38,424 nucleotides of DNA from Paramecium tetraurelia (Eukaryota), in contig CT868541.1 in NCBI GenBank assembly GCA_000165425.1, positions 62,001 through 100,424 on the forward strand. The letters are read 5' to 3'. Positions 13,691 to 25,534 of this stretch are shown piece by piece. The first letter of the stretch is position 1. Every line of letters begins with the position of its first letter. The position numbers and the translations under genes were made by a program. Below the pieces are notes generated by a model. It saw only the letters and a program-made list of their open reading frames with translations, searched no databases and was not told the origin of the DNA.

Positions 13691-14024
13691 ATTATTTTAT
13701 GTTCTATTATTGTTTCTTCTCATTATAAATAATTATTAATTTAAAATCTCAATTTACATCCCTTAAGAATATTTCATTACACGATTTCCATTCCACAACA
13801 CTCAGCTATTAGAAACAACTCACTATAGAACCCACCTTCCCAATCCTTATTTCTTTAGAACAACGACAAACCGCCTTCCAATTCTCAAATTTAGACTTCT
13901 AAAATTAGATTTAGGAAAAGCTATTGTAAGAGCTTTCTTGGATTAAATTCACCCTTTCCCTAATTTTCAACAAATAAATTAAATATTATAGGTTATCTAT
14001 ATATAATAAATAAACTTTTCAATT

Positions 14025-15136
14025 TCAGGTTTAGCATAAAGCCAAAGAATGGTATTCTCCACAAGAAACTTAAATTACATCCTAAAGATCCAACTTAATA
14101 GGCCTATATATAGAAATATTTAATACTATTCAATGAATCTGTTTTTATCTCCCAAACCCAGCTGGTCAAAAAAGTTGAAACCCCACCCCCAGACTTATTT
14201 ACAAGAAGATATTGCTAAACAATGTCTTTTACCCACACTTATCTACTTGATTTTAGATAACCCTTCTATTTGTTTTGGCGTTTGTAAGAATGCTGGAATG
14301 GTGGACATCAAATGCCCTAAATTTCCATTGCTTTTCTTCCCACAACTAAAAACGTCGCCATTGTTATTAATGAATAGTGTGATATCCTCTCCACACACAA
14401 CATCAACGGCTTTCATTTCTAATTATAAATTCAAGTAACAATCAGAATTAATTTTATTTCCCAGCTACCCCTATTATCCATTCCCAGTTGTAAACACTAT
14501 CCCATCCTGTCTAATAAATGCTGAATGGTTAGTTCCTAGCGATATTTTACTTACTTTGATTCCAGTGCTTGTTGGAACATTATAGTTTTTTTTCTCTTCT
14601 AACCCAAGTCTATAATCTATATTGGATCCCCAACTATAAAATAGGTTGTCTTTATTGATTGCTGCTGAGTGGGACCTACTAGCCTCTATATATATAATCT
14701 TATCCAAAATTTTAATAGGTTCATCCGAATTAAAGTAAGATTCATTTCCTAATTGTCCTTCATCTCCGATTCCCCAAGAAAATACTTATCCTAATGAATC
14801 TAAAATCAAAGTATGTTGACATCCACAAGCCACTTGAATAATATTATTAAATTAAGGCTGCTTTTGAGGGGTTAAATCGTAATTCTTCCCCCAAATTAAT
14901 AATTATTATTCTATATTAATTGCAGCAGAATGATAGTATCCACATGATATGGATTATAGATTTTAAATTTATATTTTATATGGTATTGGCTAACTGGCTA
15001 AAGAACCAGTTCCAAGTCGACCATCTTTCCCAGATCCCCAAACAAATAATGCAGTTTTATCTCTTTCTGTAAATTTTGGTGTATTTGTAGATTATCTAAT
15101 ATTAGGATTAATAATATTAGTAATATTCTATAATTA

Positions 15137-15183
<47 letters not shown>

Positions 15184-16937
15184 TATTACTATTTAAAGAA
15201 TAACGAGAATCATTAAGATTTTTTGAGACATTGTTAAATGCTTATTATAACACTTAAGTTTTTTTGTTAAATTGTTCATTTAATTAGAATTTACACTATT
15301 TCATCCAATTATATTCATTATTAACTATTTCAAAATACTTTTTCAAACTTTTATCATCAAATATCTTCTAATTTTGATATGATAGTTCTCCTATATTCTA
15401 AACCACTGATGTTATTTCATTTAGCTTATTTTATAATGCATTCATAGCTTCTTGGAAGGCAGACTCTAAAATCGGCATTAATTATTAGGTTTAATAAGAT
15501 TAAAAGTCAGATTGTGGATTCAAAATTGACTAAACATAGACGTTGTTGAAAATTGATTCTTCCTACAATTATTTATTAATCAATTCTTTAAATTACTACA
15601 CAAATACTTTTTGTGTTTAATTACTCAGAGGATTGTTTAGTCCCTTAGGTAAATTGCAGTCCTAACACATTTGCATAATCTAATTGTATAAGGATTGAAT
15701 TAACTATTTATGCTATTGATTATAAACTTCTTTAAGGATATTTGTATCCTCAATAAACTTTTATTTATCTTGGACTTGTAAAGCTATGTATTAAATGAAA
15801 ACATCTATTATTTAATCAAAGGTGTTATTGGATTACTATTATTGCAACTATATTTTTAGCTAGTCCCTTTCTACTTTTAAATCACTTAATTCCTTCTATA
15901 ATGCCTCTATAAGTCCAGCCTTGCTCAAAGATTCTTACTTAAAAATTTTGTTTTCAACCTTCTTTGCTCTCTATGCAAACCTTAATGTGGACAGAGTTTA
16001 ATAAAAGTTCATAGAAGCAGGAGACAAAGTACAAATAATGGTAGTATATGAATTCCCACCCAAAGAATTTTGTAGATACCGAGTGAGTTTTGAATCTCTA
16101 TAGGGAATGTGTGATTTTTTGCCTTCAGCAAGTTTGTTAATTACATTGCTCAAAACAAACAAACTTTTATTGATATATGCTGTTTCATCCGAGGCATCCT
16201 CTTCGTTTAGTCTTTCACTACCAGCTAAATCAACAAGACTTAAAGTTGAAGTGTGCGATTCGTGTTAAACTAATATTTGAAATATTGTGTGAGATCTCGA
16301 AGAATGCTCATGAATTTATCTTTCTCTATACATACGCTATTCTTCTCCATCGCATAACAAAGACAAGGCATCATCGAAATTCTCCACCTGCTAAATTCTC
16401 AACTAATTAACAAAGGCTTGTCCATTAATGTCCTACATTTTTAGGTTTGTGGCACCTTACTATAATAGGTCATTTATCTATTAATTATATAATTTTGAAC
16501 TTGTTCATTGTATATTTCAATATAACTAATAGCGATTGGCAATTAACATTCCTTAAATAAATCAAGTAACGTGTATGGCAATAACCCAGGGTTCTCTTAA
16601 TCTCCAAGCATGGTGTAAGTTTTACCAGAGGTAGTTTATCCATAGAGAAAGAGACTAGAATTGAATCCTTATAAAGTGTAGTTCAAAAGCTATTTGCAAT
16701 GGTTATAAATATCTTCATTTTTGTCGTCATTTGAAAAGATCTTGTCTATATTAAACAAGGAAATATACCAAAAGTGAATTGGTAATTATAGAATGCATCG
16801 GCATATCTTCTAGTTGTTTGAGGGTCTCTAGGTAGCGATATAATAGTGTTTGTTTCTTTTTAGATCTTCCAAGCTTCTTCATCTTCATTTTGAAGAGGAG
16901 GTCTCATTCTTACAAAAATTTTGATTGCTTCGTTCAT
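14025..16937 (-). CDS. Kinesin motor (kinesin-7-like) + coiled coil + polyQ + C-terminal RCC1-repeat propeller
   Basis: [73 protein letters not shown]. The same frame continues into [36 protein letters not shown] and [11 protein letters not shown]. Introns 16746-16768 and 16478-16500, possible 14104-14127; TGA 14027-14025. Confidence 0.93.
15134..15181 (-). repeat. (TAA)14-CAA-TAA trinucleotide repeat encoding Q16 inside the kinesin-RCC1 CDS
   Basis: The (tta)n run on the + strand reads as 14 consecutive in-frame TAA codons on the - strand. Confidence 0.9.
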
Positions 16938-17563
16938 ATGAACTAAGTGTAGTCAAATTCAAATTTTTAATAATTATCTGTAAAAATTTATTAACAAGGT
17001 AAAAATGTGTTTTTGAAAAAGCATACAGTTCGGAGTAATTGTCAGAAGATTCTATTTAATACATTCAAAAATTATAGATAATTTCATTAATATTAAATTA
17101 ATCTTTATGACATGTAAAAATAGTAACAAAGCAAAAATTACATTTATTTATGATGATAATTTACGAATAATTAAATAGGATTCCTTTATTTTTGATATTC
17201 TTCTAAGATTAAATACAATTATAAGTGGGAACTCTAAACCTTACAATTAAATAAGACAATATTTTGATTTAAATTGTTAATCTTTATATTAGAATAATTT
17301 ACAGTGTTAGATGAATCATTTCAAAAATAGTATAAAAAATGCTCAGTTAATTCTAATATAACAACATTGATGTGATGTTAATTACTAGTTTCTGAGTTAC
17401 TCAATAGGAAATTATATCTAAAAGTCTTTTTTTAACTTAAAATCTAAATAAAAAATATGTTAATAATGGCTATGAAGCAATAAAAATACAGATGATTTAA
17501 AGTTTACAAAATCAAAGTTAAGTAAATTTATAGAAATCAAAATTTAGTTAAATTATAGAAAAA

Positions 17564-19278
17564 TCATGATTTGTTTCTCTTTTCATCTTTTAAAACTTAC
17601 ACTCTCCAGCTTTCAGAAAACTCATTAAATTTCATCATGAATTCTTAATGAAATCCAATTCCATCTTGATCTGGAATTTTCAATTTATTCAGATTTTATT
17701 ATTAAATTTACTGTTAGATTTTTTTTTATTGTTGTTATTACTATAACTATTATAATTATTGCAATTTTTGCTGTTATTAATTGCATTTAGATAAATCTAT
17801 CTTCATTTTGACGGAACTTTTACTCTCTGTAGCATAATTACTATTTTGATTCCTGTTTTCAAACCTTCTAATACTTTCTATGATGCTTTCATCATCTAGT
17901 CTTCCATTATATTAAAAACTAGATTCATCTGAATCATTTACAACTGAATTATCAGCATCATGAAAACTTCTTTCAATCTTGGGGATCAGCCATCTAAGTG
18001 TAAAAATGAAAATAATTACTTTTTTTCTCGAGTAGATTAATTTTATTGTTCAGACAAAGAGTCATCATTCAAAACTTCTTCATTATAAATCTTCTCTATA
18101 TCAATTCCAGTTCTGCGAATTGCCAATACTAATTTAATTAATTTTTATTCTTTTTCAGACATTTCTTAAATTTTTTGTTACATTAGGATTGTCATTTCTT
18201 TCAACTATGGAGTACTGGCAGAATCAAGGTCCATTTATTTTTTATCTGATTTAAAGGGAGAGGGTCTCTCTTTTTCTAAGGTTTATTTTAATTGAGAAAC
18301 TGTTTCTAAGAGAATATCTCTCTCTTACTCAAGAGATCTAAAGTTATTTTACCAAATATCTCTTTCCCTTCTCATTTACTCGATTAGTTCATTTAATTTT
18401 AAATCCTATTCATAAACCATCAGAATTGCAGAATTTTATAATAATTCAAATAGATTGTTTGATATTGACATAATGATGTCTGACCACTATTGTTCTATTT
18501 CTCTCACTTAGACTTACAACTAATTGAACACACTCTTAAATTAAATTGGAGTTCTAGCAAATTGTTTAATAAAAAGATCTTTAAATGGATCCCATAAACC
18601 TCTCTACTTCAAATACTACTATTTTTTTTGTTATTCCAGTGTGGAACCTTGAATCTGTTTGTCTAGATTTAATAATTAATCTATCAATTCCTTCGATTGA
18701 CTAACCTATTAGGATTAAGCCCTTTTTTGCATCAATGTTTTTTCTCTTAACATATTCAATTGATTAATATCGATATCTACTGATTTTTTGTAGGCTGATT
18801 TATTCTGTCTTCCTCCTGGACTGGATGAATCACAAGTTAAGTTGGATTTGGAACTAAAAAGGATCAACATTCAAATGCTTACACAAATAGATTGGTAGAA
18901 TATGCCTATGAATCACCTATTATTTTCTTCAATTTCAGGGCATTCTATGAACTATACATGGAATCATCTTCTAATTGATTGCTTGTAAAGCCTGAAATAC
19001 GACTTTTTGAACTACTATTTGTGCGATTATTTAATTCAGACAGATTATTTTTATTGACCTTGCATCTCTTCTCTTCAATAGATTTAGATATTGTTGGCTA
19101 GGGTTTGAAGCGTTGATGACAATATTTTTAAGGAATGTGAAATAATTAACTAGATTCGGGTATGCTAACAGTCTTAATCATATATGAATTTGCATACAGG
19201 TTGAGATTATTATTTTTTATAATCCTGAGTTGAAGTTTTGGAGGCTGTTTCTTTGACGCTATTAGGAGTTGTTCTCAT
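17564..19278 (-). CDS. Hypothetical coiled-coil protein with C-terminal motif GFHQEFMMKFNEFSESWR
   Basis: ATG at 19278; introns 19173-19197, 18854-18882 and 17994-18019 give a continuous frame to TGA 17566-17564; Q-rich tract near the C-terminus. Confidence 0.8.
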
Positions 19279-19821
19279 GTATTCAAAGTCCGATAAATTT
19301 AATTAAATTAACAAATGTTTTATTCTGTTTTATTTTTTCATAGCACTCACAATTCTAACTTAAAGTAGGTTTTAGGGAATACAAAATTTAATACGAAGAA
19401 ATTTGTAACTTCTACAACAGATTTGTACTAATGAATTAATCAATTTAAAGAATGAACCTAATCAAATTAACTACCTATTTAATTTTATTGAAATAGTAAG
19501 TACTATTGTTAAATTATTTCAATAAACTGACTTATGGATTTTAATGAGAGAGATGCAAAACAAATTATTAGATAAATCTCAGTCTATATTATTAAAAATA
19601 AAAATTGAATCAGTGAATTATAAATACTTTCAATAATTAAGGCAATGTAAAATGATTTTATATTCATCTTACTACTTAACCAAATCCAACATGCTTGTAA
19701 TGTTTTGACTTTAAGTAAATCATTTTAGACTTTCTTGGTCATTACTAATATCAATATAAAAAAAGAATATACAATATTAATAATCATTAAGTGACTGAAT
19801 TCTTTTGAAATCCTTTATTTA

Positions 19822-20124
19822 TCATATAACAACCTTATTTCTATTATTTCCTATTCCAAACTGAAGACTTTGATTAAATTTTGGAGTTGAATTTGGAGAT
19901 TCTTGATTTTTCGGAATGAACATCTTCACACTCATCAAAACAAATTCTTAGTCTTTTGAGATATCAATCGATCGATATAATTGAATCTATTGTTTAGAAT
20001 CAGTCATGGGTAAAGATTCAATGCACAGTTTTCTCTTTGATTTCAAAGTTGAGTTTGACTGACTTTGTATATGAAGCATATTTTATGATTGTTTTTTATT
20101 CTGTTTCTAACCGACACAGCCCAT
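19822..20124 (-). CDS. Small hypothetical protein (100 aa) with N-terminal MGC lipidation motif
   Basis: ATG GGC TGT at 20124, open to TGA 19824-19822 (MGCVGQKQNKKQSQ...NRNKVVI), flanked by AT-rich DNA. Confidence 0.65.
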
Positions 20125-20621
20125 TTGTTATATATATAATAATAAAAATAATAATGATGTCTAGAGATTAAATCTAGGTCCTCTTTCTATATTTAATAAT
20201 CCATCACAAAATAATAATACTAATTAAATATTTACACAATTCATTTTCTTCTTGATTTATAATTAATTATTAATTACCAATTCAATTACTGAAGTATAAA
20301 ATTATATTATTTGAATTTTGTCTTCTTAATTCTGTAATTGCAATTGAAATTACAAAGCACCACATTTCCTTTTGTTTTCATAATAAAAATCAATGAGTGA
20401 TTGTTAAAAATATTCAATATAAACTTCAAATCTCTAATTAAAATAACAATATTCAATAAAGTGTTCAAATTCTTCATCTCACACAATTTTTTTCTATTCA
20501 TCCGAGATAACCTTTCAGAGGATTACAAAGCTGTTGAATATAGAATTATATTAATATGTTCATAATATTATTTTAAACTTTATTATTAATAATATTATCA
20601 ATCCACCTCAGATTATGATTT

Positions 20622-23600
20622 TCAGTTTGTTAATCTTTTTTACTTTAACTTTTAAACCATGTTTACAAGTCTATAATCTGTCAGATATTTAGAGAAGCGT
20701 AGTCTTGTTCCAATTTTAATTTTATTTGCCCTTAAATTTATTAATTATATTTACTAGAAGATTGTAACTTCATAATTATTATGAGCCAAATAATTATCAA
20801 AAGCATACATAACATCAAAATTATCTATACCAAAAGATTTGTTTGCATAAACAGGTATCTAATGTTATTTTACATTTTAAATATACTTCTTAAGCACTAA
20901 ATGGAGAGAAACTGGAAGCAACATTTGACAATTTTGATCCTCTCCTTGTGATGGATTTTCTGAAAGGATTCATGAAATTTTGATTCTTATTTTCTTCCTA
21001 ATTAAAGTTATCTAATTAACGAGATTGTTGCTATATTTTTTGAGGGATTGAAAAACTAGACTTCTTTAGATATTGCGATTGATTGAGATTAGGTTTGTAT
21101 TAATGATTAGTTAGGGATCTTGAGGAGTTTAATCTTTAACTAACAACTTCAGGATGAAGATATATACTATTCATAGAGCTTTATTATCTGTAGGATCCAG
21201 AACCCAAGCGTTAAAGTCTGCTTTGATTCTAATCATGCATTTGGGATTCAAAATTATTATTAAATGTTAACTTTGGATCATTGTATTTTCTGATGAATTT
21301 ATCTTCCATCAAGTTTTCCTCGTTCACATCATTTTAAACTTGTTTGTATCTTGATTCTTAATCATTATGTGAATCTGAATCCTCATTCTCCATGATGATA
21401 TTGAGCGACTTGTCAGTCATATCCTTATTCGAGGCAACACCCCCTTACGATCCAAACCCGGCTGTATTGAACGTCCTTTTCTGTTCAACTGTTCTAACTT
21501 TTGATACGAAATCAAATTCTTAACTGTTATCATGAATATATTAAAATTCATTATTCTAGTCCACATTTACTCTAATATAGATATATATTTATACTGCACA
21601 TCATTATTATATATAGACTACTAATCAAAGCCAGATTGTTATTTTAAGAAGGATGTAGATTTGATAAATGACTTTTCTTTGCTTACTTTGCTAAATTAAC
21701 TAAAGTATGAATCTCTGATGTGATTGTCATCAATTGGAATTTATGTTTAACTTTGTGAGGCATTATAAACATAATCTTCAACCAAATTTTAGAATGCGTT
21801 TTCAAATTCAAAGGCTTGTCTATAAAAGTTGTACGCCTTTACATCCTTATTCTTTTTTCTTCTATCTTAAAAATATTGTATATATATTGTACAATCTCTT
21901 CTCACTTATTTATGAGGAAACGCATATTTTTTTAAAATGAAACCTAAATCAGGTTTGTAGGTTAAATAGGGGCAACTGGTTATTACATGTTAGTGGGAAT
22001 TACAACAAATACATTCTTAGGGTAGTTTTTCATTAAAAAGTATCAAATCTCGTTGTTCATAAAAGAATTGCTAAGATTAATTTCTTCAAAGTTACTTTTT
22101 CATTGAAGTTCAACTGAGATAAAAAGGTTGATCTCTAAATTTTAATGAGTCTTGTAGTTCCATCAGTGATTGCAGTGAAATCCCTTGGATTTTCTGTGTA
22201 AAAAGATAGTTCTCCAAAAACAGCAAATTATGTTAATGTGAATACTATAATATCTGTTCTTGATTTCAAATGCACAGAACCTTCTAAAATAACATATAGA
22301 GAACAATCATCAGTTGCTCCTTCCTAAAATATATTTTGATTTGGTTAATAGACTATCTCAATGCATTTATCAATAATTTACTTCAATGTTGCGTTATTTA
22401 AATATTTAAAATATTAACTCAGTAGCTTATATCTTTAAACTATATTATATTCTTTAAGCAATTTATTTGAAAGTTTGTCACTAACTTCCTTATTACAAAA
22501 CTTAGGTTGATTTTCTAAATGACTTCTTATTTTTAGTTTCAAAATTGAATCCAATTTATTCTGAGTAAAAAAATAACTCAATTAAGAGGATTTTTGTTCT
22601 GGTTTAAAAAGATCAATTAAAATAGACAGCTAGTATGCAAAGCAATAAAATGATAAAATAGAGATACAACAATATGCTATTATTTTATTATTGTCATTTA
22701 AATTATTGTAATCTGAGTTGAAAGTTATCATGCTTACAATTAGTTAAAATGAATTCAAATATCTTTAGGAGAAGCTTTCTTCAGCATCATTTTCATTTTC
22801 TAAATGATAAATCCAAAAACATGTAATAATATGAATGTATATAAATTATTCTATTATTAGCAATATTACTTTTTGATACGCCTTAAAAATATCAAATTCA
22901 CTAACCATTAATGCCAATAATTACAATTAAATATTCTGATGCAGATCCATAAATCTTGGAAATGTGCTTAAGATATTTATTAAGAGAATAATCCAATTAA
23001 ATTTCTCCGCATTCATTATTAATATCATCGTTATTAAAAATATCTATGTATTATTGAAATGCTTACATTATCAAAGATGAAATATTTTTGGAAATACTGT
23101 TTCAAAATTATACTGATGTTACTCTCAATTTCTCCCTTAATAGCCACGGCGCTACACGCTTTTAAGCAGCAGTCTACTATTTTCAATATTAGAAATGCCA
23201 CTTGATGAGATTTCTCGCTGATAGGAATTACAAGCAAATATACATATAGCAAGAGATAATAAAATATGTTCCAAATTTTTAAAATTACAGAGTTTGGAAG
23301 TAGAACATCTTGAATTTTCATATAAAATTATACATTATCTTTAGAAACCCAATTAATCCAAATCGAATAAGTGTTTGAACTTCATAATTCTGTAATTCGT
23401 TTTGATTGTTTTACTTAATACATCTATGAATTTTTGTTTCAATTTTATTGGCTTGGTTTAAGACAACACCTTTGTTAATGTATTATGCCTCGCACTTGAA
23501 AATAATTAGAAGCTACTTTCTTCAAAGTTACAAGACAATTTATCATTAGAAATCTTAAATACCTTGAAAAATAACACCTCTTGATTAGTATGCATAGGGG

Positions 23601-23800
23601 ATAGAGAGAATTTCGATTTTTCAATAGTTTTTACAGTTGGATCTCTAACTGAATGATCATCCTCTGGCTAGTCTGGATGACCTATTGTGAAAGGTGAATA
23701 CTAAAAGGGGCCTATTTAAGGAATTTATAATACCTTAAAATAGATCATAGTTATTAAAAATTGGTTCTGTTTTTGTAGAAATTACATGATCATTTCTCAT
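20622..23800 (-). CDS. Ciliate-type CNBD cation-channel-like protein (KCNH/EAG-like fold) with a degenerate pore
   Basis: S1 VLLPNSVILKIWNIFYYLLL; S5 YIHIITCFWIY; CNBD IFQEGATDDCSLYVILEGSV..FGELSFYTENPRDFTA; a following CxxCx4Hx4C; tail FDVMYAFDNYLAHNN. Introns 23712-23733, 23309-23333, 23044-23066, 22071-22095, 20859-20886; TGA 20624-20622. Confidence 0.88.
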
Positions 23801-24455
23801 TGGATAAGATAATTATTTAATAATTATTTTTATATGATTTTGTGATATTAAGTTGTTATAACTTGGAGATATAAATTATAATCGAGTTGTTTCAAAATAA
23901 AATTTCAAATTAATATGACATATCGAATTCAATCAACTAAATTTCTGCGGTTACAAGGAGACACTGTTTTAATCTTGATTTATTGTTATGAGCAATAAAT
24001 TATTAATTTGAAATTGCGGTAAAATAAAGATAAATTAAATAAGAATTACTAATTGATGAAGAAAATGATATTCAATACTTGCATTTATTTATGTTCTTGT
24101 AAATCGATGTTCTTAGTCCTTAGTAAAAGGAGTCACGTGTAGGGATATTAAATTGATTAATAAATTAGAAAGAAAGTAAAATATCATATCAATTTATAGT
24201 TATAATTTCTTATATTTAATTCGAAACATTAATCATTAACTCGAGAAATCAATAATAATCTTTATCTATTTGATATTCTCAAAACTTAACACTATTTTGA
24301 TTAATTTAAGAAAATAAAGAATACTTATAAGAATTAAATACATCTAATATCTAAGCTTTTAATTAATTCAAATTTATGCAATAAACATGATTTATAAATA
24401 TAAAATGATAATTTAATAAGGTTTAGTTATAATATGTTCTGTACATAAATAAATA

Positions 24456-25330
24456 TCAACTAAAGATATTGTCTAAAAAGGACTTTTTTTCCTTTTATGG
24501 CTATGGCTTTTAGGCAGGTAATGGTTTTGCAGGAGGAGACTAATGATTAACATAAGAATTTACATGTCTTCTTGGATGTGATACTGGATGGCCATATGAC
24601 AATGGAGGAGCATAAGAGACGGGAGCAATTCTGGAAGGGGCAAAATTAGGTTAGACATAGGGAGCATATTAAAATTGGGGTTGTTAGAACACAGGTTGAA
24701 CAACTGATTAAACTGGAGCGACATATTAAGGAACTTATTGAACCACCGATTAAACAACAGGTTATGCTACTACTTGTTGAACTGGTTGATGAACCACTTG
24801 TCTTTCAACTGGATAATATTCTACTCTATCTTAAAATCTATCCACAGGGATATATTCTAAATATGCTAATTAATTAACTACCTGTAACTTTATCATAGAA
24901 AACCTAAGGAATGTATTCTGTTTGATATTCAATGGCTTAATATTCTGTTACGTATTTTTCCCTTGGGACCTAGATTCTTTATCTGACTTCTTCATATTCA
25001 ATAACTGATTTCTCATAAGGGATATATCTAAAATATATTAGACTAAGTTTGCTACTCAATTCTGCTTTCTCCCTTGATGACCTATTAGGCTGGTTAAACA
25101 GCGACTGGTTGAACAGCAACTGGTTGAACAGCTACTGGTTGAACAGCTACTGGTTATGGGATGTATTGAACAGGTGAACCAACAAAAGATTGTTAAATTG
25201 GTAAATATGAAGGACTTGCAAATCCTGCTGGTGGTGCATAGGTTCTAGGAGGTGAGTAGGCAATTGGATGTTATGGAGCAGGTCGTTAAGCCTATTATGG
25301 AGGTCTGGTAGAGGCAGGGTGATTACTCAT
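24456..25330 (-). CDS. EPI: Epiplasmin (Paramecium membrane-skeleton protein)
   Basis: Central domain IKGESRIEYIPYEKSVIEYEEVRQRIQVPREKYVTEYQAIEYQTEYIPQV...DRVEYYPVERQVV flanked by P/V/Q/Y-rich arms; ends KKSFLDNIFS. Introns 25028-25055 and 24857-24881, probable 24540-24563. Confidence 0.9.
25090..25155 (-). repeat. 15-nt tandem repeat (about 4 copies) encoding (VAVQP)n in the epiplasmin
   Basis: The + strand unit ctggttgaacagcNa is repeated head to tail. Confidence 0.85.
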
Positions 25331-25534
25331 TTTGAATATTAAAATATTTAATAATTTAAATTGATCGTTAATCATTTTAATTGTTGATATATTAATTATA
25401 AAACTTACTAATTAACTTATAGAATTCTCTGAATAAAATAATAGAATAGTATTTATTGGATTCGAATATTTTGATTTAGTAATATTGATTCATAATGTTA
25501 AAAATAATTAATCATTTAATTAAAAGATCAATAA

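Noticed and set aside
19315..19708. TGA-free + strand frame of about 130 codons with a hydrophobic start
   Set aside because: The nearest ATG is out of frame, no motif is recognisable, and such frames arise easily with a single stop codon in AT-rich DNA.
15134..25155. (TAA)n and 15-nt tandem repeats as CRISPR-like or telomeric arrays
   Set aside because: No spacers and no G-rich telomeric units; both are coding low-complexity tracts (polyQ and VAVQP).
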